The notes under the pieces are model-generated. The model worked only from the letters and a program-made list of their open reading frames with translations. It was not told the DNA's origin and searched no databases. The position numbers and the translations under genes are program-made. From Desulfobacterales bacterium (GTDB lineage Bacteria > Desulfobacterota > Desulfobacteria > Desulfobacterales > B30-G6), in the NCBI GenBank assembly GCA_029939655.1, contig JAOZSO010000002.1:2116-34333 (forward strand): a stretch of DNA of 32,218 nucleotides. The letters run 5' to 3'. Positions 1 through 9,447 of the stretch are shown here, one piece after another. Every line of letters begins with the position of its first letter. Position 1 is the stretch's first letter.

Positions 1-373
1 TCGGTAGAACACCACCATCTGAATGATATTCAGGAAACTCGATAAGCATGAAAGTGTATAGTATTTACTTTTATCACGTCTTGACAACGTGCAGGGTCAG
101 GTGAGCTCGAAATCAGGTGTAGATAGAAAATTTAAGTGATCAATATCATACACAAGCAATTACTACAAGATATTGATCTTTTTATTGCAGAGTGTCCACC
201 CTAAAACACGGTGGTTTGTCTGACAAAATATAGGGTCAGGCCAAATCAACACAGGGTCCCGGCATCTCATTTTCCGATACCCTCCAGCGTTTGATGATAT
301 CACATCGCTTATAATCGTTTATAAATTTCAGCATGTTGTGTTTTGAATAGTACCCTGCTATTGAACGGCAATA

Positions 374-1555
374 ATGAATCAAAGAAACTATCGAAACGTA
401 CTCTTCATTTCTCTGGCCCAATTCGGGATGGCCTTTTCTTTCAATTTCGTCTTGATCTTTCTGCCTTTTTTTATTTATGACATCAGCCCTTATTCTTCAC
501 GGGACACGCTGATATTGCTGGGATTTATCATGGGGGCACCCAGTTTCGCCGCAGCTTTTGCGTCTACCTACTGGGGATCCTTGGCCTCGCGTACCAGTCC
601 CAAGAACCTCTTTATGGGAGGATTGCTTTCCCATGCCCTTATCATCCTGTCGATGGGCTTTGTTTCGAGTCTTCCTGTTCTGCTTGTCCTTCGTATCGTC
701 CAGGGATTGTTGGGCGGTATATCCACCGTGGGTCTGATCATCGTCTCTTCGTCGTCATCCGGAGAATGGGTGTCAAGAGATATCGGATTGTTTCAAAACT
801 CCATGACACTCGGACAGTTGACCGGTCCCCCGGTGGGTGCGCTGGCCGCCACGATGCTGGGTTACCAGGGTGCGTTTATCAGTGCATCGGCTTTGGTATT
901 TATGACGATGGGTTTCTGTTTTTTATATGTAATTGATATTGTGCATAAATCAAAACAGCCTGCCGGCGTCACAAAACACACGATCAATAAAAAGACCCTC
1001 ATCGGGTGGGGACTTTGTTTCACCGCGACCATCCAGTTGATGTTCCTGCCCAGTGTTCTTCCGAATGTTTTTCAGGGATTCCACATGCCAGAAAGCATGG
1101 CTGTAAAATCGGCCGGCCTGGTTGTCATGCTGTATACGGCCACGGCTATGGCGGGAACCTTTTTGCTGTGCAGACTTGCTGCAAAAGTCACGAATCACAG
1201 GATGATTATTTTCGCCGGTATCATGGGAACCGTTATGCAATTCATGCTGTCCATGTGTCCCGGGTTTACAAGTTTTGTTGCCGTTCGTATGATTCAGACC
1301 GCCATGATAGCCGCTATCATGCCATTGGTTTTTTCTTCTTTTGCCTCGGATCTGGACGAACGGGTGATCGGGTTCTTGAATTCAAGCAGGTTTGCAGGAA
1401 ATGCCATGGGACCGATGATGGCAACCTCGGTTCTTGCCATTTCAAACTTGAAATGGCTCTATCTTGCATTGGGCAGCATGGGCCTGCTATCCCTGCTTTG
1501 CTATGTAATTTTAGTTGCGGGCACACCCCTTTTGGGTCGGACCGAGACAGCTTAA
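374..1555 (+). CDS. MFS-family transporter (about 12 predicted TM segments)
   Basis: 393-aa ORF, hydrophobic throughout, with a repeated 6+6 helix pattern and MFS-like loop motifs. The N-terminus MNQRNYRNVLFISLAQFG is typical of MFS transporters. Confidence 0.8.
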   Translation: MNQRNYRNVLFISLAQFGMAFSFNFVLIFLPFFIYDISPYSSRDTLILLGFIMGAPSFAAAFASTYWGSLASRTSPKNLFMGGLLSHALIILSMGFVSSLPVLLVLRIVQGLLGGISTVGLIIVSSSSSGEWVSRDIGLFQNSMTLGQLTGPPVGALAATMLGYQGAFISASALVFMTMGFCFLYVIDIVHKSKQPAGVTKHTINKKTLIGWGLCFTATIQLMFLPSVLPNVFQGFHMPESMAVKSAGLVVMLYTATAMAGTFLLCRLAAKVTNHRMIIFAGIMGTVMQFMLSMCPGFTSFVAVRMIQTAMIAAIMPLVFSSFASDLDERVIGFLNSSRFAGNAMGPMMATSVLAISNLKWLYLALGSMGLLSLLCYVILVAGTPLLGRTETA

Positions 1556-1682
1556 TGATAAAATAGGTAATGCAATATAAACAGAGGTTAATTTTGGTCT
1601 TAGGTTGATGTTTTTAGGCTCAAAAACAACCTTCTAAGCATAAGAAAACCCATGCCGTTTAGGAAAAGGAGCCGTTGGTAAA

Positions 1683-1895
1683 ATGAGAGAAGTTGAAATA
1701 ACAGAAGAGCCCATTGAACTCTATAAAATCTTGAAGTTCGAAAATATGGTCAATAGCGGTGGTGAGGCGAAATATGTAATCTCTGAAGGTCAGGTTACGG
1801 TAAATGGTGAGGTGGAAACCAGAAAACGAAAAAAAATATTTTCAGGTGATATCATAGAATTTAAAGATGAAAAAATTCATATAAAAGTCAAATGA
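1683..1895 (+). CDS. Small S4-domain RNA-binding protein (YbcJ-like, ribosome-associated)
   Basis: 70 aa. LYKILKF...[34 protein letters not shown] matches the S4/YbcJ pattern. A GGAG-type RBS lies upstream (aaaaggagccgttggtaaaATG). Confidence 0.7.
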   Translation: MREVEITEEPIELYKILKFENMVNSGGEAKYVISEGQVTVNGEVETRKRKKIFSGDIIEFKDEKIHIKVK

Positions 1896-1905
1896 GGGTG
1901 AAAAG

Positions 1906-2193
1906 ATGAAAAAATTATTTGATGGTAAAAAAACTGCAAAACTTGGCACCGAAAAGAATCCCGCAATTGTAAATGTAAAAACAAAAAAGAGAGTCAAGGA
2001 ATTAGAATCCGTATTTGAAAAAAACGATTGGAAATATTCAATTGAATTAGATTCAGACAAACCTGAGGATATTAATGACTTAGAAATGTTGTTGAATCCA
2101 CCAAAAACAGTGATCGCCGAAAAGAAAGTGGGGCGTAATGAACTCTGCCCCTGTGGAAGTGGTAAAAAACATAAAAAATGCTGTGGCAAATAA
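1906..2193 (+). CDS. SEC-C metal-binding motif protein (small, lysine-rich)
   Basis: 95 aa ending in [15 protein letters not shown], the canonical SecA C-terminal-type zinc motif. It starts 10 nt after the S4 gene, with RBS gagggtgaaaagATG. Confidence 0.75.
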   Translation: MKKLFDGKKTAKLGTEKNPAIVNVKTKKRVKELESVFEKNDWKYSIELDSDKPEDINDLEMLLNPPKTVIAEKKVGRNELCPCGSGKKHKKCCGK

Positions 2194-2198
2194 GGATA

Positions 2199-2837
2199 AT
2201 GAATATGACGATCCAATCATGGCTCATGTATTTGGTGTTAGTATTTATCGCTACGTCAACACCCGGGCCGGCAGTTCTCTTCATCACGACAAGCGCAACA
2301 ATCCATGGATGGAGAAAAGCCGTCTTTGCTGCAATTGGCAATATTGTTGGTCTTTTCTGTCTTGGCATCATCGCGGTTACAGGATTGGGTACCGTACTCA
2401 ACACCTCAGAAATGATATTTAATAGTATCAAATATGCGGGTGCAACCTATCTGATCTATTTAGGCATTAAACTGATTTTTCAGAAAAATTCCGATGTAAC
2501 TACCATGAAAAAACAATTGATTTCGACAGATGTTTCATCTCAAAAACTATTTTTTCAAGCCTTGGGCGTTGCACTGAGCAATCCAAAGGCAATTGTATTC
2601 CTGACTGCCCTATTTCCACAGTTTGTTAACACCAAAGAAACTTTAATCCCTCAATTTTCTATGCTCATTGCTACATTGATGTTTTTTTCATTTTCTTTTT
2701 TGATGCTTTATGCCTTATTGGCGCACAAGGTAAAAGCCTGGATAGCAAAACCCAATAGAATTAAAGTTTTCAATCGAACAAGTGGTTCAATTTTTGTTGG
2801 TTTTGGTATCTTGCTGGCAACTTCATCAAATAACTGA
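2199..2837 (+). CDS. LysE/RhtB-family amino-acid exporter
   Basis: Six-TM-like profile with the N-terminal TPGPA motif (FIATSTPGPAVLF). I prefer the ATG at 2199, preceded by AAGGA, over the track start at 2178, which overlaps the previous gene. Confidence 0.8.
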   Translation: MNMTIQSWLMYLVLVFIATSTPGPAVLFITTSATIHGWRKAVFAAIGNIVGLFCLGIIAVTGLGTVLNTSEMIFNSIKYAGATYLIYLGIKLIFQKNSDVTTMKKQLISTDVSSQKLFFQALGVALSNPKAIVFLTALFPQFVNTKETLIPQFSMLIATLMFFSFSFLMLYALLAHKVKAWIAKPNRIKVFNRTSGSIFVGFGILLATSSNN

Positions 2838-2877
2838 GACTGATGGACGCCATCAAAAGTGCCCTGCCTGCAAGTTC

Positions 2878-2909
2878 ATCCACCAAATGTAGATTGACAT
2901 TTGGTGGAT
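2878..2909 (+). terminator. Perfect 13-bp inverted repeat (atccaccaaatgt / acatttggtggat) with a 6-nt loop, followed by a T-rich tract
   Basis: Read directly from the sequence. It lies 41 nt after the LysE stop and 57 nt before the first gene of the Ehr-type operon. It could be a terminator or an operator, and a TTGACA hexamer sits in the loop. Confidence 0.45.
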
Positions 2910-2965
2910 TTCATGTTTTCTCAAAAAATCTATCCGTATCAGAATCAGATTAAAAAGGGAGTTTT

Positions 2966-4924
2966 ATGAACAGTTTTTTTCTCTCGATTGCACTGATCTG
3001 CTGTGGCGGCTTTGCCACCCTTTTTATTTGGCGAAATTTTGTGTTGATGAAAGCCACCGCTGTTTCCGTCATCAGCATCGGATGCGCCATTGGATTGTTC
3101 GACGCCCTGGTCAAGCTACTGCATCAGGGGTCCCATGCTGCATCTTTTGAATATTTGAAACTATTTTCCCTTTCATTCCAAGTAGATGGACTGTCGGCAT
3201 TTTTCCTGGTTGCGATTTATGCCGTTTCCCTGCTTGCAGCAGTTTACAGTTTTCACTACCTCAATAAACCTGAAAAGGCTCTCCGCTCGGCAGTCAACTA
3301 TCTGTTTTTCTCCCTGTTGATCGTTTCCATGGCGCTGGTGGTGACTGCCGCCAACATGATCGCTTTTATGCTTTCCTGGGAAATCATGTCTCTGTCATCA
3401 TTTTTTCTGGTGATATATGACTACGAATCTGCTGAAAACCGAAAAGCCGGCTATCTCTATTTTATTTTTTCGCATGTCGGCGCCATGTTCATCCTGGTTT
3501 CTTTTGGTATATTATATGGGTATAGCGGCAGTTTTCTGTTCTCTTCCGGCAGCACCATCCCTGATTCGGCAAAATTACTGGTGTTAATACTCTCTTTTAT
3601 CGGATTTGGTTCAAAGGCCGGTGTGTTTCCGTTTCATGTCTGGCTGCCTCATGCCCACCCGGCCGCTCCGAGTCACATTTCAGCAGTGATGTCCGGTGTA
3701 ATGATAAAAACCGGAATTTACGGCATTGTACGCCTGTATGCCTCGCTGAGCCTGCATACGCCGCTGTTTGGTGAAATCGTACTGATTGCGGGAATGATTT
3801 CCGGCATTCTGGGTGTTGTCTACGCCCTCGGCCAGCACGACCTCAAACGGCTGCTTGCCTATCACAGCGTTGAAAATATCGGGATTATTCTGATCGGGAT
3901 CGGAATCGGCATGATCGGCGTATCCTCCGGCAACCCTATCATGGCTGTCCTTGGGTTTTCCGGGGGGCTGTTACATGTGTTAAATCACTCGATTTTCAAA
4001 TCACTGCTGTTCATGGGAGCCGGGGTGGTGATCCAGAAAACGGGAACGCGCACCATCGATATGCTGGGTGGTCTGCTCAAAAACATGAAAGTCACAGGTG
4101 TCACGTTCCTGGTCGGTTCTTTGGCCATTTCCGGTCTTCCGCCGTTTAACGGATTTGTGAGCGAATTTTTTATTTATTTAGGTGGGTTCAGAGGCGTGGC
4201 CCTCGACAAAACGGCTTTTGTGCTGAGCATCATGGCCATTGTCAGCCTCGCCATTATCGGTGGCCTGGCCCTGGCCTGTTTCACCAAGGTAGTGGGGGTG
4301 GTTTTCCAGGGAGAACCCAGGAGTTCGAGTGCTGTGGCCGTGGATGAAAAAGGGCCGGCTATGCTGGCACCCATGCTGATACTGGCCGCCGTTTGTATCA
4401 TCATAGGGGTGTTTCCACGGATGTTTATTACCCTGGCCCTGAAGGCTGTTCCGGTATCCGGGCTGGGGTATGGCCGCATACCCATGGAGCCGTTTATGCA
4501 GATGACGGCAAATATCACCCTGGCAGCCACAGTTTTCTTTATCGTTCTTCTGATACTTATTGCCCTCCGTCTTGTTTTATACCGGGGTAAGACTATCGGC
4601 AAAGCAGGAACCTGGGGGTGCGGTTTCACACAACCAACCGTTAAAATGCAGTATACCGGCACTTCCTACGCAGCCTCGATTCTCGAATTTTTCAGGCCGG
4701 CTGCCCCTCTGCAAGAGGATCATCCTAGAATTCGCGGTCGGTTTCCCCAAAAAACCCATTACCATAGCCATATCGATGACATAGCCGAGCTTCACATGGT
4801 GCGTGTGGTGGTCAATCCGGTTCTGTGGCTGTTCGACAGGTTGCGCTGGATACAGCACGGAGACATCCATTTGTATATCGGTTACATATTGCTGGCCATT
4901 GTGGTGCTTATATTTTTCGTATAA
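2966..4924 (+). CDS. ehrA: Ehr/Hyf-type complex, NuoL/HyfB-like antiporter-type membrane subunit
   Basis: 652 aa and polytopic. It has proton-conducting-membrane-transporter motifs (WLPHAHPAAPSHISAVMSG, LLAYHSVENIG) and a HyfB/HycC-type C-terminal extension (WGCGF...). RBS is GGGAG. The symbol is by analogy to the Geobacter ehrABCDLS naming. Confidence 0.85.
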   Translation: MNSFFLSIALICCGGFATLFIWRNFVLMKATAVSVISIGCAIGLFDALVKLLHQGSHAASFEYLKLFSLSFQVDGLSAFFLVAIYAVSLLAAVYSFHYLNKPEKALRSAVNYLFFSLLIVSMALVVTAANMIAFMLSWEIMSLSSFFLVIYDYESAENRKAGYLYFIFSHVGAMFILVSFGILYGYSGSFLFSSGSTIPDSAKLLVLILSFIGFGSKAGVFPFHVWLPHAHPAAPSHISAVMSGVMIKTGIYGIVRLYASLSLHTPLFGEIVLIAGMISGILGVVYALGQHDLKRLLAYHSVENIGIILIGIGIGMIGVSSGNPIMAVLGFSGGLLHVLNHSIFKSLLFMGAGVVIQKTGTRTIDMLGGLLKNMKVTGVTFLVGSLAISGLPPFNGFVSEFFIYLGGFRGVALDKTAFVLSIMAIVSLAIIGGLALACFTKVVGVVFQGEPRSSSAVAVDEKGPAMLAPMLILAAVCIIIGVFPRMFITLALKAVPVSGLGYGRIPMEPFMQMTANITLAATVFFIVLLILIALRLVLYRGKTIGKAGTWGCGFTQPTVKMQYTGTSYAASILEFFRPAAPLQEDHPRIRGRFPQKTHYHSHIDDIAELHMVRVVVNPVLWLFDRLRWIQHGDIHLYIGYILLAIVVLIFFV

Positions 4925-4937
4925 ATGAGATGATGTC

Positions 4938-5858
4938 ATGATTAAATCCATTTTATTCTGGGTTCTGGCCATACTGGTGGCCCCGTTTTTTTCAGCGGTT
5001 ATCCTCAAAGTGAAGGCTTTTTTCGGCGGGAAAAAGGGCCCCCCTCTGCTGATCAACTACTACACCCTCGTCAAGTTGTTCAAGAAGGGTTCGGTTTACA
5101 GCACCAGCACGACCTTTATCTTCAAACTGGGACCCGTGGTATCGCTGGGAGCTGCTGTCACTGTCCTGTTGTTTCTTCCCTTTGGGGGCCATCCGCCGGT
5201 TTTTTCGTTCAGTGGTGATCTTCTTTTCATTTTGTACCTGCTTGGCCTGGGCCGTTTTTTCACCATTGCGGCTGCCATGGACACCGCGTCGCCGTTCGAA
5301 GGAATGGGGGCAGCCCGGGAAGCCTATTTCCCGATTATCTGCGAAGCCACGATGTTCATGCTACTGATCCTGTTCTACATACTGACCGGTGAATTGCGCC
5401 TGGCGGCCTATTTTTCAGGCGGCCAGCCTTTTGGATTATGGCAGGCAGCCGGGTCGCCAATGCTGTTTGTGGTGATTGCCTTTTTCGTTATTCTTCTGGC
5501 GGAAAACTCACGCGTACCGGTAGATGATCCGGCCACCCATCTGGAGTTGACCATGATTCATGAAGTCATGGTGCTGGATCACAGCGGACCCGATTTAGGA
5601 TTTATCGAACTGGGATCTTTCTGCAAACTCTTTTTCTATTCATCCATTGTCGCCAGGCTGATCATGCCATTTGAATCAGGCTATCTTGCACTGAACATCT
5701 GCCTGTTCGTGACATCCCTGCTGGTTGTGTATATGGCCGTGGGTGTCATGGAATCGGTCGTGGCCCGTTACAGGATGGACAGGGTTCCCAAGTTCCTCCT
5801 GACCTCCTTTGCCCTGGCTTTTTTTGCAACCGTTATTACACTGGAGTTTCTAAGATGA
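4938..5858 (+). CDS. ehrB: Ehr/Hyf-type complex, NuoH/HyfC/HycD-like membrane subunit
   Basis: 306 aa. NuoH-family features are present (PFEGMGAAREA, AENSRVPVDDPATHLELTMIHE). Confidence 0.85.
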   Translation: MIKSILFWVLAILVAPFFSAVILKVKAFFGGKKGPPLLINYYTLVKLFKKGSVYSTSTTFIFKLGPVVSLGAAVTVLLFLPFGGHPPVFSFSGDLLFILYLLGLGRFFTIAAAMDTASPFEGMGAAREAYFPIICEATMFMLLILFYILTGELRLAAYFSGGQPFGLWQAAGSPMLFVVIAFFVILLAENSRVPVDDPATHLELTMIHEVMVLDHSGPDLGFIELGSFCKLFFYSSIVARLIMPFESGYLALNICLFVTSLLVVYMAVGVMESVVARYRMDRVPKFLLTSFALAFFATVITLEFLR

Positions 5859-6496
5859 ACATCCCGGTCGACATGACATTGTCCCTTGTTCTGCTTTCGG
5901 TTCTGTTTTCATTTGGTTCCAGCCGGCTGCCGGGGCTTATCAAGGTTCTGGCGTTTCAGGGAGTGGTCGTATCTATCGTCCCGCTGATAATCGGGCACGA
6001 CATGACCGGCGGCGGAATTTTGTTTACGCTTGCCACCTTGACGATTCGCGGTATCGTCATTCCTTTGTGCATACATTTCGCCATTAAAAAGGTTGCCATT
6101 CGCAGGGAAGTGGAACCGATCGTCGGCTATCACGCCTCAGTGCTGGCAGGCCTGGGGTTGATCGTGGCTGCCATGGCTGTCAGTCACAGATTCAATGCCC
6201 CGTCCATCAGTACCAGTGTACTACTGCTACCCACTGCCATCTCTCTTCTGGTCGCCGGCATGTTCCTGCTGATAGCACGGCGAAATGCCATCGCCATGGT
6301 GCTGGGGTATATCATGATGGAAAACGGCATCTATCTGGTGGGAACGACCTTTTCAGTGCGAGCCCTTCACATAGTGGAATTCGGCATTCTTCTGGATGTA
6401 CTGGCCGGTGTCATGATCATGGCCGTCATCCTTCAGAATATCAAACAGACATTTGATGATGTGGATACCGCCCTGCTCAGAACATTAAAGGAATAG
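5855..6496 (+). CDS. ehrC: Ehr/Hyf-type complex, HyfE/NuoK-like membrane subunit
   Basis: 213 aa and hydrophobic, with HyfE length and topology. The start overlaps the previous stop by 4 nt (ATGA). Confidence 0.75.
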   Translation: MNIPVDMTLSLVLLSVLFSFGSSRLPGLIKVLAFQGVVVSIVPLIIGHDMTGGGILFTLATLTIRGIVIPLCIHFAIKKVAIRREVEPIVGYHASVLAGLGLIVAAMAVSHRFNAPSISTSVLLLPTAISLLVAGMFLLIARRNAIAMVLGYIMMENGIYLVGTTFSVRALHIVEFGILLDVLAGVMIMAVILQNIKQTFDDVDTALLRTLKE

Positions 6497-6507
6497 GTGT
6501 TTGATTC

Positions 6508-7929
6508 ATGGTTGAAATCGTTTTCCTGGCCCCGTTTGTCACCGGCGTGATTGCCTTTTTCCTGCCCCGCAACATGGGGCGTCCGCTGCTGGTCTTTACC
6601 GGAGCACTTCACCTGTTGCTTTCCCTCCTGCTGTGGGTCCGGCAGCCCGAACCGCTGTTTAAATCCTATTTTGCCGTCACGCCGGAAGGAATGCTCTCGC
6701 TGCTGGTGATATCGCTCCTGTTTTTTCTGATATCCATTTATACGGTAGCCTATCTCAAGGTGGCCGATATCAAGTCCGAGCATATTTTTACCGGCTCCAT
6801 GCTGCTGTTTCTGTCCACCATGACCATGGTGACCCTTTCCGATCATATCATGGTCATGTGGATCGCCATTGAAGCGACAACCCTGGCCAGTGCGCCGCTG
6901 ATCTACACCCACCGATCTTCCGCTTCCCTGGAAGCCACCTGGAAATATGTACTGATCTGTTCTGTGGGCATTGCCATGGCGCTTTTGGGATCGGTGCTGA
7001 TCACGATTTCAATGGATGTCGGCAAGGTAGATGCGCCGGTTTCCTTTTCTGCGCTCACGGCGGTTGCAACCCGTCTTGATCCCATGTGGCTGAAAGCGGG
7101 TTTCGCCTTTATCCTGGTAGGATACGGCACAAAAATGGGTCTGGCGCCCATGCACACCTGGCTGCCCGATGCCCACAGCGAAGCGCCCAGCCCGGCATCG
7201 GCGCTGTTGTCCGGCGTACTGCTCAACTGCGCCTACCTCGGGATCTTCAAAACCAATAAAATCATGCTGGCAGCCGGCCTGGGCGATTTTTCCGGCCCTA
7301 TCCTAATGGGCTTCGGCCTGACTTCGATTCTGGCGGCAGGCACCTTTATTCTCAAGCAGACAGAATACAAACGCCTGCTGGCATATTCGAGCATTGAAAA
7401 CATGGGCATTATTGCCTTTGGAACAGGTGTTGGCGGACTGGGTGCCTATGGAGCCATGCTTTGCCTGATCCACCACAGTCTGATCAAATCTTCGCTGTTT
7501 CTGACTTCCGGCAACATTCTGCTGGGCTATGGCAGCCGGCAGATTGAAAAGACAGGCAACCTGGTTAAGCAGATGCCGCGGACCTTTGTAGCCTTTTTCG
7601 GCGGATTTGTCGCAATCTCAGGTCTGCCGCCCTTTGGAATTTTTATCGGCGAGCTGTTCGTCATCCTCGGGGCCTTTAAGGCCGGTCACTACATAGGCGT
7701 CACTGTTTTGGTGGTCAGTCTGTGTGCCATCTTTGCCGGTTTTGCCAACCAGGCAATGAAAATTTCTTTTAACACGTCGGAAGCGACCATTGGTTTGACG
7801 GAAAAAGCCAGTCTGGTCTGGCCCCAGTATGTGCTGCTATTAACCTCTCTGGTATTGTGTTTCTGGATCCCGGACTCCCTGTACCAGACAATAATGAATG
7901 CGGTAACTATCGTCAGTGGAGGTTTTTAA
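6508..7929 (+). CDS. ehrD: Ehr/Hyf-type complex, NuoN/NuoM/HyfF-like antiporter-type subunit
   Basis: 473 aa. Motifs include MHTWLPDAHSEAPSPASALLSG and LLAYSSIENMG. Confidence 0.85.
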   Translation: MVEIVFLAPFVTGVIAFFLPRNMGRPLLVFTGALHLLLSLLLWVRQPEPLFKSYFAVTPEGMLSLLVISLLFFLISIYTVAYLKVADIKSEHIFTGSMLLFLSTMTMVTLSDHIMVMWIAIEATTLASAPLIYTHRSSASLEATWKYVLICSVGIAMALLGSVLITISMDVGKVDAPVSFSALTAVATRLDPMWLKAGFAFILVGYGTKMGLAPMHTWLPDAHSEAPSPASALLSGVLLNCAYLGIFKTNKIMLAAGLGDFSGPILMGFGLTSILAAGTFILKQTEYKRLLAYSSIENMGIIAFGTGVGGLGAYGAMLCLIHHSLIKSSLFLTSGNILLGYGSRQIEKTGNLVKQMPRTFVAFFGGFVAISGLPPFGIFIGELFVILGAFKAGHYIGVTVLVVSLCAIFAGFANQAMKISFNTSEATIGLTEKASLVWPQYVLLLTSLVLCFWIPDSLYQTIMNAVTIVSGGF

Positions 7930-9437
7930 TGAACACGGCATTTCTGGAGGTTTCAAATGGTGTCGCCCTCCCCAGAAAACAGGTCCCGAACCTTACGTTT
8001 GACACCTTTCGTCAGGAAGCCCTGGATATTGTCGAAAACGGCGGGAAGGTCGTTCACTACTTTGCCTACATAGATAGCGACACCGTCAGATTTATGGCTG
8101 TACTGCGCAAGGATAAGCTGCTGGTTGCCGCCTGCAATGCGCCCGACACCTATCCGGCCATGAGCAGTCAATGCGAACCATTCCACATGTTTGAACGGGA
8201 AATTGCCGAACAGTTCGGTATCCGGCCCGAGGGTCATCCCTGGCTCAAAATGGTTCGCTATCATCCCAATTATATGAACAGAGCCGACGTCTTTAATAAC
8301 CACTACGCCGATGATATCCCCGGAAACTATAACTACTACAGCGTGGAAGGCCAGGAGATCCACGAAGTGGCTGTCGGCCCCGTGCATGCCGGAGTGATCG
8401 AACCAGGACATTTTCGGTTCAACTGTATTGGTGAACGGGTACTGAACCTGGAGATCCAACTGGGATACCAGCACCGGGGCATTGAAACACTTATTCCACA
8501 GGTAGAAGCCAAACGCTTGTCCCTTCTGGCCGAAAGCATTGCCGGTGACACCACGGTGGGCCACAGCCTCTGTATGGCTCAGGCCGTGGAGGCCTTTTCC
8601 GCAGTCATACCGGATAACGGGGCACACATCATCCGAACCATTGCTTTCGAGCTTGAACGTATTCAGAATCACGTGGGTGACCTGGGCGCATTGAGCGGGG
8701 ACGTTGCATTTTTGCCGCCCATGAACTACTGCGGCCGCATGCGGGGCGATTTTTTGAATATGTCACTGCTGCTTTGCGGCAATCGGTTCAGCAAAGGATT
8801 CATTCGTCCGGGAGGTGTGGTTTTCAATATGAACAACGAGGTCCGGAACATTCTGACCGAGCGCATCATTGAAATCAAACCGCAGGTCAAGCATGTTATC
8901 GATCTACTCTTTTCCACATCCAGTGTGCGTTCGCGCTTCGAAGATTGTGGAACAGTCAGCAGGTCCGATGCCGAAAACCTGGGGTTGGTGGGACCTGCCG
9001 GCCGGGCTTGCGGCATGCCCTACGATGTCAGACGCTGCTTTCCCAACGAACATTATTCTGAACTCGATATTCCGGAAAATGCCGAACACAGCGGAGATGT
9101 TTATGCCCGGGCCAAAATCAAAGCCGACGAAACCCTACAGGCCATCGATCTCATCCAGTCCCTGCTGAACAACCCGGTGGAAACGCATTGTGTTGAGCAG
9201 GAAAATCCGTCCATGGCACCCGATTCCTTTGTAGTAACCCTGAATGAGGCCTGGCGGGGTGAGGTTTCACATTGTGTTTTAACCGACGCGGCGGGAAAAA
9301 TTATACGCTACAAGATCAAGGACCCTTCCTTTCACAACTGGAACGGCTTGTCCATGTCTCTGCGGGATACAGAAATATCCGATTTCCCGCTCAACAACAA
9401 AAGCTACAATCTGTCGTATTGCGGCTTTGATCTATAG
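7929..9437 (+). CDS. ehrL: NuoC-NuoD fusion, the group-4 hydrogenase large-subunit homologue, lacking all [NiFe] cysteine ligands (Ehr large subunit)
   Basis: The core is GPVHAGVIEPGHFRF...LGYQHRGIE. The N-terminal CxxC position reads ESIAGDTTVGHS (8532-8567) and the C-terminal DPCxxC position reads YNLSYCGFDL-stop (9405-9437). I chose the ATG at 7929 (GGAGG RBS, overlaps the ehrD stop) rather than the track start at 7857. Confidence 0.85.
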   Translation: MNTAFLEVSNGVALPRKQVPNLTFDTFRQEALDIVENGGKVVHYFAYIDSDTVRFMAVLRKDKLLVAACNAPDTYPAMSSQCEPFHMFEREIAEQFGIRPEGHPWLKMVRYHPNYMNRADVFNNHYADDIPGNYNYYSVEGQEIHEVAVGPVHAGVIEPGHFRFNCIGERVLNLEIQLGYQHRGIETLIPQVEAKRLSLLAESIAGDTTVGHSLCMAQAVEAFSAVIPDNGAHIIRTIAFELERIQNHVGDLGALSGDVAFLPPMNYCGRMRGDFLNMSLLLCGNRFSKGFIRPGGVVFNMNNEVRNILTERIIEIKPQVKHVIDLLFSTSSVRSRFEDCGTVSRSDAENLGLVGPAGRACGMPYDVRRCFPNEHYSELDIPENAEHSGDVYARAKIKADETLQAIDLIQSLLNNPVETHCVEQENPSMAPDSFVVTLNEAWRGEVSHCVLTDAAGKIIRYKIKDPSFHNWNGLSMSLRDTEISDFPLNNKSYNLSYCGFDL

Positions 9438-9447
9438 GGAACCTAAG

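Noticed and set aside
1-49. A possible minus-strand gene start (MLIEFPEYHSDGGVLP...) running off the left edge.
   Set aside because: Only 16 codons are visible, with no RBS and no recognisable motif, so it cannot be supported.
236-421. A 61-aa minus-strand ORF, and the repeated gggtcagg words (about 93-100 and 233-240) upstream of the MFS gene.
   Set aside because: The ORF overlaps the MFS start and has no recognisable family. The 8-mer repeat is too short to interpret without genome-wide counts.
4174-4662. A 162-aa antisense ORF inside the NuoL-like gene. Similar long antisense or alternate-frame ORFs occur elsewhere (e.g. 6433-6912, 7953-8672, 9757-10224, 20777-21145, 26099-26596, 26659-27168, 27310-27840, 1006-1566).
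   Set aside because: Each lies entirely within a strongly recognisable gene on the other strand or frame. Their compositions are low-complexity and Arg/Pro/Gly-rich, typical of shadow ORFs.
7857-7928. A 24-codon N-terminal extension of the large-subunit ORF in the track.
   Set aside because: It overlaps the end of the NuoN-like gene. The ATG at 7929 has a GGAGG RBS and a stop/start overlap, and the homology begins there.
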